From Felis catus (lineage: Eukaryota), in the NCBI RefSeq assembly GCF_018350175.1, contig NC_058368.1, forward strand, positions 220,908,001-220,972,000: a stretch of DNA of 64,000 nucleotides. The letters run 5' to 3'. This document shows positions 49,399 to 62,929 of this stretch, one piece after another. The notes beneath the pieces are model-generated. The model saw only the letters and a program-made list of their open reading frames with translations, did no database searches and was not told the origin of the DNA. Position 1 is the first letter of the stretch. Each line of letters begins with the position of its first letter. The translations under genes and the position numbers were made by a program.

Positions 49399-50340
49399 CT
49401 CCCCAGCTAGCATGCTCTCTGTCTCTCTCTCAGTCTCTCAAAATAAATAAATGAACTTAAATAAAAACAATAAAAATATTTCTTACAACTCAATAATATA
49501 AAAACAATCCTATTTAAACATGGACAAATAATCCAAAGATATTAAAATGTCCAAGAATCACATGAAAACATTCAATGTCATTACTTGTTAAGGAAATTCA
49601 AATCAAAACCATAACAAGATACTACTTTTCACCCACTAGGAATGGCTGTTATCAAAAAAAGAAGGAAATAACAAGCATTGTGAGTATTTGGAAAAATTTG
49701 AATTCTCATACATTGCTCATAGGAATGCAAAATAATACATCTGCTTTGGAAACAGTTACATAGCTCCTTGAAATGTGAAATACAGTGATACCTTATGACC
49801 AAGCAGTTCTACTCTTATACATGTCTAATAGAAATGCAAATATATACACAAAAACTAGTTCATAATTGTTTGTAACAGCATTATTGCTAATAGTGAAGAA
49901 GCAGAAACAGTCCAGATGCACCCAGATTGATGAATAGATCAACGAAATGTGTTATAGTCACACAATGGAATATTATTTGGCACTGTAAAAAAAGTACTGA
50001 TGCATGCTACATAAAGGGTGAAACTTGAACATATGGTACATAAACCAGTCAATCACTCATTTGATTTATATGAAATATCTAAAGTAGGTAAATTTATACT
50101 AACAAAATAAATAGTTTCTTAGTAACTACGGGTGGAACATAAGCATAGGAGTGACTACTAATGAGGATGAGGGTTCATCTGGGTGATGAAAATGTTCTAC
50201 AATTGTATTGTGCTGATTGCTTCACAACTCTGAATATATTAAAACCTTAGAATTTTGCATTTTTTTAAAAGCCATAGAATTTTACATTTTAAATGAGAGG
50301 ATTGTATGTTTTGCAAACTGTATTTAATAAAATTTAATAA
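48840..50340 (+). mobile_element. L1MB-like ORF2 end and 3'UTR with a SINE insertion
   Basis: ctcttcaataaatggtactgg, aactcaaaatggatcatagacc, cacaatggaatattatttggca, gggtgatgaaaatgttcta. Confidence 0.88.
49213..49475 (+). mobile_element. CAN-SINE
   Basis: ggggatacctgggtggcttagtcggttaagc; long (CT)n. Confidence 0.92.
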
Positions 50341-50715
50341 AGCGATCATGAAAATTATAGGATCTGAAGCCAAGTTTTCACTTCAGATAACCACATAAAA
50401 TATGTGTGTAGAGGGACCACCAAATACCCATACTTATTATCAAAGGTAGAAACTTTCCCCTTGGCAAAATTAATTTTGCATTCGATATTTGAGCCTATTG
50501 GAGAAAAAAAAACTCATGTGTTATGCCTACTATTATTCCCTGAGAAACCCTGTTTGGCATTGATTTGATAGAAGGTTAAGATGTAGTTTGGTATTGATTC
50601 TGATTGAAGGTTAAAAGCCATTGACTCAAGGTATGTATATATTTAGGCACACACCCGTGTGTGAGCTGTAGAGTTTATACAGAAGTTTAAACTGAATGAA
50701 AGCTCAATTTAATTC

Positions 50716-50745
50716 TTTGTTTTTTTTTAAGTTCATTTATTTATT

Positions 50746-50794
<49 letters not shown>

Positions 50795-50950
50795 CAGGCA
50801 GGCAAAGAGAGGAGAGAGAGAATCCCGAGCAGGCTCTACACTGCCAGCATAAGCCCAACACAGGGCTCTAACCCACGGACAGTGAGATCATGACCTGAGC
50901 CAAAAGTCAAGAGGTGGAGACTTTAATCTATTGAGCTACCCAGGTGCCCC
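50716..50950 (-). mobile_element. CAN-SINE
   Basis: (GA)n...gagctacccaggtgcccc. Confidence 0.9.
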
Positions 50951-50965
50951 TCAGACATAATTCTT

Positions 50966-51177
50966 TTTTTTTTTCAACGTTTATTTATTTTTGGGACAGA
51001 GAGAGACAGAGCATGAACGGGGGAGGGGCAGAGAGAGAGGGAGACACAGAATGGGAAACAGGCTCCAGGCTCTGAGCCATCAGCCCAGAGCCCGACGCGG
51101 GGCTCGAACTCCCGGACTGCGAGATCGTGACCTGGCTGAAGTCGGACGCTTAACCGACTGCGCCACCCAGGCGCCCC
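50966..51177 (-). mobile_element. Young feline SINE (SINEC_Fc type)
   Basis: TSD cataattctt 50956-50965 and 51178-51187. Confidence 0.97.
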
Positions 51178-51380
51178 CATAATTCTTAAGAGCCTCATAC
51201 CAATTGTTGTAGCCCTTTCATATGCAGCCCTCAGTTACAGGACAGGGGGAAAGTTTTCCTATAATAAATGCATTAACTTTTTTTTTTTTAAGATTCTTAG
51301 ATAAATCCAGATTCTTCCAGATTTTTGAAACCAAACAATAAGTTTCAATCCATATTTTGTGTTTAACCTGGAATTGTATC

Positions 51381-51584
51381 TTTTTTTAAATGTTTATTTA
51401 TTTTTGAGAGAGCAAGCGAGCGAGCAACGAGGGACAGAGAGAGAGGGAGACACGGAATCCGAAGCAGGCTTCAGGCTCTGAGCTGTCAGCACAGAGCCTG
51501 ATGGAGGGCTCGAACTCACGAACTGTGAGATCATGACCTGAGCCAAAGTCGGACGCTTAACCAATTGAGCCACCCATGCACCCC
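51381..51584 (-). mobile_element. CAN-SINE
   Basis: TSD acctggaatt(g/a)tat. Confidence 0.93.
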
Positions 51585-53424
51585 TACCTGGAATTATATT
51601 GTTTAGCTAAGTAAAAGTAACAGCAGTTTTCATTTTGGCTTCTTGATTGCTATGACAGTGCTCATGTTAATGAGTATACGTCTAGACCCTCAGGTGTTCA
51701 CTCACAAGGATTTCCTCTTTCTCTTACTATGTTATTTAGACACAGTGCTTATTCATCAGTTTTGTTAGTTCAGAAGCCAGGGACCTCAGACAAACAATAT
51801 GTAGCAGAATGTTTGTAGCTCTTTCCTCGCTTTCTGTTTAGAAATCATTGGAACCGTGGGAAGCAGGACTGTTAGTGAAATACAAGTTGGAAGATGCACA
51901 TTGACATTCGCAACCTTGTCTTTGACTGCAGTTCTATCACTACCTTTTATTGATATTGGCCTCATGTTAACAAAGAAGGATCCAGTTGAGTGACTAGAGA
52001 GTGCTGATGCTATGCATTAGGCATGTAGCCCTTAAGGCAGAGAGATCTCAAGGTTACTTCCTCTGGCTAGATGCTCAGCCTTGTTTCAGGTGAAGGCGAG
52101 ATCCCCAGGGGTCGGGTAGAATGTCTAACGGAACTCTGGATTTGTGGGTTATTATCCTAAAGGAAACCTTTCCCCTAGTTTCAGTCTGTCTTGCACAAGT
52201 TTCCAAGTTGTTCATCCAATTTCTTCTTTAGCAGGGAAGGTGAAAGAAACTAAAGAAGGGAGGGAAAAGATGCTGATTTATTTTAGGCACTTAGCTCAAT
52301 TTGCTTTTACTTGTTTGGGAAATTGCTTTTTCAATGCAGAAAAATGTGTTGCAGTGAAGTAATTCCGTGGGTTTGATGACACTGCAATGTGTTTCTTCCC
52401 TGTATCTGTTATAAGTGTAAATGAAATGCGCGGACAGCAGGATTACCATTATTTACTTCCTTTTATTGCCTCTCTCTTTCTTACCTTCTAGATTACATGT
52501 GTGTTAACTGAAGTTACTGTTCACACTTATTTAACAGTATTGACTGAAATAACCCTGAATCTCCTTCAGTGAGGACTGATTTAGCTACAAATCACTGTTC
52601 CAGCTTTAAAATCATTAATCAGCCTTAGGCAAGATCCATTATGTGGGATTTCAGCATAGAAGAAATATTAACAGCTCCCTGGAAGAAACGTTACCTTCAC
52701 ATTGGCTGCGACTCCCTGCTGGAGGAGCAAATTACCCTCAAGTAATAATTATAATACATTAGTAGAGGTTTAATTTCCAATAAGTGCTGTCTGTTTAAGA
52801 AATGGCAGTCTCACCATGGCTCAGAGAACAATAGATCATGTTATCAGCAAGAATAAACCTACATGGAATTAAATGAACGATAATAAAAAATTCATTACAG
52901 TTTGAAAACTGTAGAAAAAGAGAAGCCGTGTGAGCTTCTCAGTTGCATTTTTATAGAAAAACTTCATGTTTATAGATCATCTCACTGGACGATACTAAGT
53001 ATGGCTGGGAATTTTTCTTCTTTAGTTGACAGCACAATTTTTAATTTACTAGTTAACATCTAGTATGACAAGTGAGCAATAGCTTTGTTTGGAGGGACAG
53101 AGGCTATTGAAAAGACTAACAGAACGCAAGGGAAAATTCATTCTTGAGCTAACTGTGCACAGTGATCTACTTTTTGCATCCAAATTAATATTTCAGTAAA
53201 ATTTTCCAAAAGTATAAAAAATTGGAATTTTATAGGAGAAATTCTTGCGGACAGAATTTAAACAGACAGGAGACTATTTAAAGTTAGGTCTGTAAATGGT
53301 TTAGAAATGTAACTGGTTCCTGTGAGGTTTTAACAATAATCTGTGTCCCAGGAAGCTATAAATCTTCATTTAAAATTTTGAATAGAACCTCTCTTGTATA
53401 CAGAGTACCAAATTGGGGCTTAAA

Positions 53425-53639
53425 TTTTTTTTTAATGTTTATTTATTCTGAGAGAGAGAGCAAGTGGGGGAGGGGAAGAGAGAGAGGGAGAGAGAGAGAG
53501 AGAGAGAGAGAATCTCAAGCAGGCTCAGTGCTGTTAGTGCCGAGCCTGACGTGGGACTCAATCTCATGAATCATGAGATCATGACCTAGCCGAAATCAAG
53601 AGTTGGATGCTTAACCTACTGAGCCCCCCAGGTGTCCCT
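53425..53639 (-). mobile_element. CAN-SINE
   Basis: tttttaatgtttatttattctgagagag...ccaggtgtccc. Confidence 0.9.
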
Positions 53640-54824
53640 AGAGATTTTTACAGTGTATGTTGCATTTCATATATTAGTGTGAATTGTAAAACAAGCATAC
53701 ATATATTAAAGAGACTTGCTAACATTAAGTGAAGTGAGTTTTATTGGCCATGCTGTTTAAGTTTCACCAGACTCCCTGTTTCTTCCCAAATTATGAATTA
53801 TCTAGGCAATGTCTATTAATATTGATGTAATAATAGGGATAGCTGAAATGTCTTGTGCTGAAGGAGTCTGTATTGTAAAGGCATTTTTATTTTAACAGCT
53901 GCACTCAGTTCTCATATTGAACAAGTTCTAGCACACTGCATAAACCAGATTATGTATGTGCCGGTGCATGAAAATTGTTCCTCAGGTTCAGTGAACTATT
54001 GATTTAAGGAATTCAAGGTGATTCCATTACTGGGTAAAGAGATTCATATTTTCTTAACACTGTAGAGTTTGTAGTTTGATTTATGTGTCCATGAATGTAT
54101 ATGTTTGGAGAATTTACCTTTTTTTCCTTCTGTTTTGCTGTTTGATGGATTTCATGTCATGCCATCAGATACGGAAACCGATATAAAAGAAAACTGTCCT
54201 AAGTAAGCTCCCCCCCCCATTCTATAGTAAATAATGCATTAAGATTGATTTGTACAAAATTTATCAAAAACAAGTGAGAAAAATGCCTCCTCCTGATTCT
54301 ATCTATAAATCAGATTAGAAACCCACCATACAAATTATCATCTATGTCAAAATCTGACACAATTCCAATGTTTCAAAACCTATTAGATTTAGAGACGTTT
54401 TTGAAAAACATACTGTGTGCCTTGAGTTATAGTTATCTTTGGAAGGAGGAGTGTACAGAATTATTTAGATAATTTAAAAAGTTGAAGTCAGTCTTTGGCT
54501 CTCAAACACCCACAGATTGGCCCTTTTATTGTTAAATATGCATTATCCCCCCCCAAATGACTCCCTAAATCCATTAAACTAAGGTGATGTGACAGATCAC
54601 AATTTTGCAGCCCCTGTTTCAACCAGCATGTTATGACCCCCACTTAATTACCTCAGAAAATATGAGTTAGGCATGCAACTTATCAAAATGCTTTTTACAC
54701 TATGAAAGTTTTTCCTTAGGTTAAAAGGAGATGAAGCACAATTAAAAATGAACTTTACTGCTTCATGCTCAATTTTAAACTATGCCATTCAGTAATAAGA
54801 AGGAAATATCTATGTGACATTTTA

Positions 54825-54983
54825 TAAATAAATATGTATCATTTTATAAATAAGTATATATTATATATTTATATATTATATCTGTTTATATATTATATAA
54901 ATGTGCAATATATTATATATATTAAAAACTATATATGTCTATATACTATATATATGTGTATATATAGTGTGCATATATATATA

Positions 54984-55035
<52 letters not shown>
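54825..55035. repeat. (TA)n-rich low-complexity tract
   Basis: Read directly. Confidence 0.9.
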
Positions 55036-55038
<3 letters not shown>

Positions 55039-55669
55039 TTTACATAAGTAGATCCCTAAGGGCTTAACCACTTTGCCTAACAGTTATTGCTGTTGTAACA
55101 CAGAGTAGTACAGAAATGTATAATTTCATAGCACTCCTGCATTAAAGTGTAATTTTAAATGTTGTCTATTTAGAAATAATTCAAGTGGTTTAATCATGGA
55201 TTTCTCAGACACTTTTTACTTGAGTACACAGCCCATAAGCATATATTTGCACGTGAGTAACAAAATATCAACCTCAAAAATTTTAAATTTACACTTTAAA
55301 AACGTAACGGATGTGAAGGAATCATGCTTCTCCTAGAGGAGTGTTAAAATACCATGGATCACAGAAGGTATGCAACATTTGGTGTATATTAAATGTATAG
55401 CGACGGGATCTCAATCTGAAACTTTACAAGAGTACAGAAGAGGGTAAGGATTAGTGAGGGTCCATTCCAGAAAGAATAGAAAGAGATGAGATTTGAATAA
55501 GCATGTAGCTCATCAGTGAGAGGTGCCCCTATTTAACTCCAAAAGTGGCTGTTGAAAGGGTGTTTTGGAGGAATAACTGAGCCAGTGTCCTAACACAGAA
55601 TGTTCTCAAGGACTCACATTGTCATGTGGTCCAGTTATACCTGTTGAAAGAATGGTAAACATAGAATTA

Positions 55670-56090
55670 AATAACTGGATTTCATTCTAGACCGTGCCAT
55701 TTTCCATCTTTGTGTCTTCAGGCAAGTCATTGAAGTCTCTGAGCTTGTTTCTTTACTTTTTACGTAGAATAATAATGCCTGACCTCACAGCTGTATTTTC
55801 CTATATCAAAAGAGAAGAAACAGTGAATAATAACACGAATCATATCAAATACAGTGGTGAATGATAATTACAGCAATAATGATCACCATCATTGAGTCAA
55901 CATGCTAATGGCTATGCACGCATTTCACTTATTACGTTATGAAAACTATGGGAGATACTTAATGTTATCGTCTTTACAGCAGAGTTAAGGAAATAGATGA
56001 AGATGAAATGATTTGCCCAGGTCATTCGCTTAGTGAGTGAGGCAGGAGACATTCAGGTCTGTCCAAGTCCAGAGTCTAAGCTGGTTGCTA
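55670..56090. mobile_element. Two MIR fragments in opposite orientation
   Basis: cttcaggcaagtcattgaagtctctgagcttgtttc (+); gaaatgatttgcccaggtcattcgcttagtgagtgaggcagg (-). Confidence 0.6.
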
Positions 56091-56938
56091 AATGGTCTTT
56101 GTTGTTCTGTCCTCTCCCTGTTGGTTGGGGATTGTTTACATACTTTTAAGATAGACCTTATAGAACAATATTATTACCTGTTCACTGTCTATTCTTGAAG
56201 GAGCTTGCCTTCTAGTTCACTGTTCAGTCAAAATCAAGTGGAGTAAATGTTAGGTGGTGAATGCTTAGAACCTATGCAAACATGGGTTCTGGTATTGTAT
56301 CGAACCTCTACATGCCACATTCAGGAAAAAAAATATTTTGTTTTAAATGTAAATAGTTTATTTGACAGAAATGGTTATTCTTATTTTAATTTTTATATGT
56401 TAAGTGGGTGGATCTTCATAATTTTACCTATATCATCATCTTAATACATTATCTTCCAGGCAGTAACATCTAGAAAATGTATTACCATCTGGAATAATTA
56501 GGTAATAGAGGGACAAATGATTATGCTTCATATATGTCCATGATTTTAAGTTATTATAATGATCAATTAAACAAAAATTTGAGTTACATGATATATTCTA
56601 TGGATGATTTTTTTATTGAAATATTTTGCTCAAGAGATCTGCCTTATGCCTAAAGTAATACAATCGCTATGATTAGAAAAAGCCAATATTAGCAGCCAAT
56701 ATATTAAAAGAATTTAATGTGGTAGACAATCTACATATAGACTGACCCCTCAGTCACATATCTTTATTACTGTACTTGAGAATCTTAGAAAAGAAAAATC
56801 CAAGGTTTAAATTTTTTAGTGTTAAAACTGTCTGGGGTGAGAATATAACATTAAATTTCCTCAAAATTCATTTTATTTTAGAGGAAGAAAAGAAGCAGAA
56901 GATGTTTTTGTCATATTTGAAATTCCTAATTCATTTTA

Positions 56939-57162
56939 TTTTTTTTTATAATTTTTTTCAACGTTTTATTTATTTTTGGGACAGAGAGAGACAGAGCATG
57001 AACGGGGGAGGGGCAGAGAGAGAGGGAGACACAGAATCCGAAACAGGCTCCAGGCTCTGAGCCATCAGCCCAGAGCCCGACGCGGGGCTCGAACTCACGG
57101 ACCGCGAGATCGTGACCTGGCTGAAGTCGGACGCTTAACCGACTGCGCCACCCAGGCGCCCC
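56939..57162 (-). mobile_element. Young feline SINE (SINEC_Fc type)
   Basis: TSD tcctaattcatttta 56924-56938 and 57163-57177; CpG-rich. Confidence 0.97.
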
Positions 57163-58248
57163 TCCTAATTCATTTTAAATAAATGAATGATTTTATTCTG
57201 GTAAGAATGTCCGTGCATAATAATTCCAATTCACCGATGTTCCGATTTTATTTACCAATAAATATATTCTAGTTTCCTAAAAGTATACATAGTGGTTTTG
57301 GTTAAAAGAATGATGACATCATTGTATTCATTTAGGGAATGAATTATTGCCATATGCTTTTACAATGCCTGGAGGCATATATTTTAAGACACTGTAGTTA
57401 TGGATTTTCATTGTAACACATGGCTAGCTATTACTGTGAATATGCCTTGTGTGATTGCCCTATGGATAACCTCAAATATAATTCCATAAACTTGGAAGTT
57501 TAACAGAGAGATATATTGATTTCTTAATTTAATGGAAAATGTCCATGTAACATAAAATAATGGATTCATTTAATGTAGTTACATCTAAGAATACAGATCT
57601 CTAAAACTCATGCCTTACATGCACTTAAAGTGATTAATATTCAGAAAAGAGGTAGAGAGAACGTCCCAGTTTACACCGCATGGTAAGGCTAAAAGAATTA
57701 GCTCTTAACATTTGGAATTCTTAACTACTGAAACTATGCACTTTTCTTGTCTTTTCCTTCTTCATTTGCAAATATCTAGTTCTAAACAAGTTCAGATATT
57801 AGAAAAATATGTTTGTTTTTTACTTTTAGATTACCTTCTTTTATTACTAAGCAATAAAAGTAGATGTTTTTAAGGTCACTGCAAAGTGCATTTTCTGGTT
57901 TAACTTTAGAGCTTTCTTTCACCACCACTTTGAATGGCATGTTTTGAGTGACTTCAGAGGATAGCACTAATGTTCTCATTATACGTCATCACTTGCTTCT
58001 TTATGAATCATTGCTACATGTGATCTATAAAAATGGGGAAGGAAGAAGATTAATTTGTTTTAATCTTTAAAAAACAAAGCAAAATACTTTTAATTTTACA
58101 CAATGTTATCCTTTTATTAGTTATATAATATCATTAAGGTTATTACTTTTTGACAGGAACACTAACAGCTTTATTAAACTATTTGGTAACATTTCATTGC
58201 TAAAAGCAATCCCGAGAAAATCTGCATAAAAGTTGCTTCTATCAACTT

Positions 58249-58468
58249 CTTTTTTTAAAAAGTTTATTTATTTATTTATTTTGAGGGAGACAGAGACAGT
58301 GTGGGTGGGGAGGGGCAGAGAGAGACGGAGAGGAACAGAATCCTAAGTAGGCTCTGCACCATCAGCACAAAGCCAGGTACTGGGCTCAAACCCAGGTGGC
58401 TGCGAGATCATGACCTGAGATCAAACCAAGAGTCGGAGGCTTAAGTGACTTAGCCACCCTGGCGCCCC
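58249..58468 (-). mobile_element. CAN-SINE
   Basis: TSD-like cttctatca; ends ccaccctggcgcccc. Confidence 0.9.
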
Positions 58469-60123
58469 ACTTCTATCAGCCTCTATGCACATGAAACATA
58501 TTTCGTATTGTTTTTTGTACAATAAATGCTGTTCTGTTGAGGATTTTCTAAGCCAGATGTATCCATTAAGATTGGTTCAGGATTAAAGACTAACACCCAG
58601 TAGTTATGGCTCACAGAAGAAACAGTGATGCAGAGGTGTTTGTAGGAATGAAGGGGGAGTTTTACAGGAGACTCTGGGAGGAATGGGTCAGGCCCTACAT
58701 CAGCAGGTGCTATTGGGAACCTCTTCATATTACTCTCTCTTCTTGTCTGTGGCTCCACTGAAGTTTCCAGAGTTTCTGATTTGCCTACCTTGGGACAGGG
58801 GTCTGAACATTTTCCTCAGGCATCTGTGGTTAGGGCGCATAGTTAGGAGTATCAGTAAAACCAATCCACAAATCAATATAAATATGTCACCCAATATAAT
58901 TTATGTTTGCATCTGCCATCAGCATTCAACTCATATGCCATGTAGGGATTTTTTTGGTCATAGTTTCTATTTTTAGTCAGAATACAGAGCTACCTCAGAA
59001 TTACTAAGATGGAAGAAACTTTTGATTCTCTAATCTCTACATCAAGATACCTGATAGGTTGCATAGGTGCACATATTATGGATGATTCTTGTCTCTCAAT
59101 GATAGCGTAGTTGTTACTATTTATAGTTAAAAGGAAGTAAAATATACACCTACTACTAGTAGAATTTTTTGAAGGGGTTTTTTCCCTCCCTGCAAATATT
59201 AAATCTAACAAAGTACCTCATGAATGCAACTAGTTATTATGGAACTTACAATGCTGTGGATGTTTATGTGGCCCACTTACCATCTAGAGTCTAGAAGTAG
59301 GTCTAAATTTGAAGACAGTTTGTATTACTTCTTTATATTTCTAGTACTTGGCAGAGTGCTTGACAATATGTTAGAATTCAATCCCTTGTTAAAAGGTTGA
59401 TGTTCAGAATGTTTTTTTATCTGGCTGGAATCATTGACTAGGATTGTTGTCTACTTAGTAAGCATATTCTGGATGTCAAATCTAAAAAGGCCCTGTGGTA
59501 GGGATACAGTGATATGGGTATGGCCCATGCCCTTAAGTCTGGGGATGGAGAGATACAGACAAATCACAAATGGCTACAAAGAAGTGGAAAATCAGAGTTA
59601 TGTGTTCTCTGATGAAAAGTTACATCATGATCTGAACATTCATTGCAGGGTCTTCATAGTCCATATCTAATGATTCCCGACAATGGTAATAATATCGCTT
59701 ATAGTACTTTAATTTTCTGGTGACTTTTGCCTCAGTAAGGTTTACTTACTATTTCCCAGTCTTATTTATCCCCTATTATGGATATTGCACACCTTATGTC
59801 TCAACAACAAAAACAACAGTATTGGGGACATATTATGAGTGTGTGAATTGAGGGGGAATGACTACCAATTTAAAAGTTGGTATACAATATAATTTATGAA
59901 AATAGTGTTATCTCTAAATATATTTTATTCACTGGTTGTGATATCTTATACTGCTTTGCTGCTTTCTATGTCCTTTAATGGATATGAAGATCCTGCTTTA
60001 TAATAAAACAGTAAAATGTAAAATTTAGTAATATTATACTAATTTAGTCTTACTGTCCCTAAAGCATATAAAGTTTCTTGCTTTAGCTTTAGCATTAATA
60101 TTGCTTAGTTACAAGGAAATGAA

Positions 60124-60336
60124 TTTTTTTTTCAACTTTTTATTTATTTTTGGGACAGAGAGAGAGAGAGCATGAACGGGGGAGGGGCAGAGAGAGAGAG
60201 AGACACAGAATCGGAAGCAGGCTCCAGGCTCTGAGCCATCAGCCCAGAGCCTGACGCGGGGCTCGAACTCACAGACCGCGAGATTGTGACCTGGCTGAAG
60301 TCCAACGCTTAACCGACTGCACCACCCAGGCGCCCC
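60124..60336 (-). mobile_element. Young feline SINE (SINEC_Fc type)
   Basis: TSD ggaaatgaa 60115-60123 and 60337-60345. Confidence 0.96.
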
Positions 60337-62289
60337 GGAAATGAACTTTTGATAGTCTACTGGTATTTACATCTCTATGTTCAAGGAATCACAAAAATTT
60401 TTCTTTTATTTTGCTAATGCCTCTACACAAGAAAACTAGCCAAAGCAGTTTTCTGCTACTTACACATAGTCTCATAAATCTGATATTATTGAATAAGGAG
60501 ATACTGGTCTAAAGGATCTTAAATTTTTCTTTATTTTATATGAACTTGCTTACTCAAGTGCATTGTTTAGAAGCATCCCTTCAATAATTGATCTTTTCGA
60601 CATCAGTTTCAGAGTGTGAGTATGGGATAACTCTTTTTACTTATTAACATTAATCTTTAAAAGGATCTTTATAGCAAGTGCTCAAGTTCATTGATGGAGA
60701 AGTGATGAAAGAACTCAGGAGACTGAGTTCATATTCACTTACATAAATAATTTCTAAAGGCACCATTAATAAGTACACTTAATTATCTGTGGTTTGGGGG
60801 CATCTGGTGAACTTAGGTAAATTAGATATGCAGGTAATCTACACATCTCATTTTTCCTTATAGTTAGAAGTAAGCTTCTTAGCAAAAACTCTGCAAGGCC
60901 TATTATTTGCAGTAAAACCCATTGCATCAAAAGTACATTAATATGAAATCTCTGTTAAAATGGCTCCTGGATACAAAATTTACCATTACTCAATGAAGAA
61001 ATAAAAATGATACAAAGTTCATATTAATCAAGTAAGTAATAGTGCAGGAAGCATATTAACCAGGGGCAGCCTTTTTAAGACTGTAGTCTTTTACAAGCCA
61101 ACAAGACAAAAATAAAGTGTAAGTACTTTATATTCATTAAGTATTCCAGCAAGAACCTTTATTTTGCCAAAAATTGGAACTGTACTTAAAATTACCATAG
61201 GTGTGTGGGAACAATATAATTGTATTTGTTTAAAAAGAAATGATTTTGTTTGTAGTGAAACCACTATGAAATGTTCTTAAGAAGGAATTATCCAATTGAC
61301 AGAATAAAATCGAATTATGTTGTTGCATAATTCACACTGTAAGTACAGTTATGATCACAGAAGAACTGGAGGCAGCACAGTAAGAGCTGGAGTATTGATA
61401 ATTGGCTTCTGGTACAAGGAGTCTATGAAATACGAAAGACTGGTTTATAATGAAAGTTGTATTAGTCCAAGGAGGAAAGGGAAACAAAGTCCAGAGCCAG
61501 AAGTATGAAGATTTCAGCTATTTTGGAGAGAAATTGGTGGTAGGAGTGGGTTTTAGGCAGTGTTCAAAATGACATTAGGTATGGAATATGATGCAATGTT
61601 TTGGAATACCTTGAGAACTAGGGAAATAGATGTAGACTTTATTCATGAGTTTAAAATTGTGATTTAGTAAGCAGCAGTGGAATATGGCAAAATTCAGACC
61701 CCCACAGATTGAAATTGGACAGTGCTCCAGTCATTTTCAGTCTAATATGTCTGCCCTGAAGCATGTGATTGAGAAGATTTCCCTGTCTTTATTGACTAAA
61801 GATGGTTTTTGGTTATGATAACAGATAGACAATGATAGATAGCAAAACAAATTAAAAATCTAGTAAGTAATTGTCTAGCTTCACTTGTTGCAGAAAGAAG
61901 AGATGGGTCTTCTACATATATAACGTAAAAAATGTTTTAAGGAAGGTATAAGATAGAGGAAGCTTGCTAGCTGAAACCTCTAAAGTGGACAGAGGCAGTC
62001 ACTATGGCAAAATAGGCACAGAGCATACATTATGACTTTTTTTCCTACAAAAGGCCAGTATGTCCCCCAAAAAGAAAAACGGGGAAAGTGATACAGTATG
62101 TAACCAGTCACAGACACCTATTGTTACTGACCAAACACTTTTTCTCTGCTTCCTTGACTCACTTTTAGCTTGCCTTTCTTTGTATGTCTTTCTGAGAACG
62201 TGGCCTCAGAGTGAATTTTAGCCAGTGGAACGTGAGATGAGTAAGCACTATTTCTGAGCTTTGCCCATAAACATCTTCTTCTATTTAAG

Positions 62290-62583
62290 CACTTCTACAC
62301 CTGAGGAAATTTTGCTCCCTAGGGCACATTTGGCAATAGCCAGGCTATATATGGATATCTATATCTATATCTAATCTATATCTATATATGGATATCTATA
62401 TCTAATCTATATCTAATATATCTATATCTATATCTATATCTATATCTATATCTATATCTATATCTATATCTAATCTATATATCTGTATATCTCCATAGAG
62501 GCTAAGGATGCTGCTAAGGGACAGTCCTCACAACAGAGGTGATCTCATCCAAATGCCAGGAGTCCTGAGGCTGCAAAACCCTG
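62290..62583 (+). mobile_element. MER20 with its central part occupied by a (TATATC)n expansion
   Basis: ttttgctccctagggcacatttggcaata...agaggctaaggatgctgctaa...gaggctgcaaaaccctg. Confidence 0.7.
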
Positions 62584-62743
62584 CTGTTTGCCCTATGGCT
62601 TCCTGTATATTCTACGTTTAGAACAAACCTGAAAACCAGATATTAAGAAGTTGGTGATAAAAAAGTAAATTTCTGTCATTATACTTCTTAAAATACTTTA
62701 ATTGCAGTAGTAGCCCTAACTTAATTAAAAGAGAAATAGATTA

Positions 62744-62748
<5 letters not shown>

Positions 62749-62788
<40 letters not shown>
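62749..62788. repeat. (TA)n microsatellite
   Basis: Read directly. Confidence 0.95.
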
Positions 62789-62794
<6 letters not shown>

Positions 62795-62929
62795 AAAGTA
62801 TCACAAGGGACTATACCAGTGAAAGGTGGCTGAAGAAAGAATTTTGAAAGAAAAAAAATATGAACCTACAATGCAAAATAAAGATTTTACTGGATTTAAA
62901 ACATTGATAATTTTAATTTTGATTGATAT

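Noticed and set aside
57782..57979. 65-aa minus-strand ORF with GAAG|gtaatc donor as an upstream exon
   Set aside because: No convincing acceptor, and its phase 1 end does not join the phase 2 start of the 330-nt candidate.
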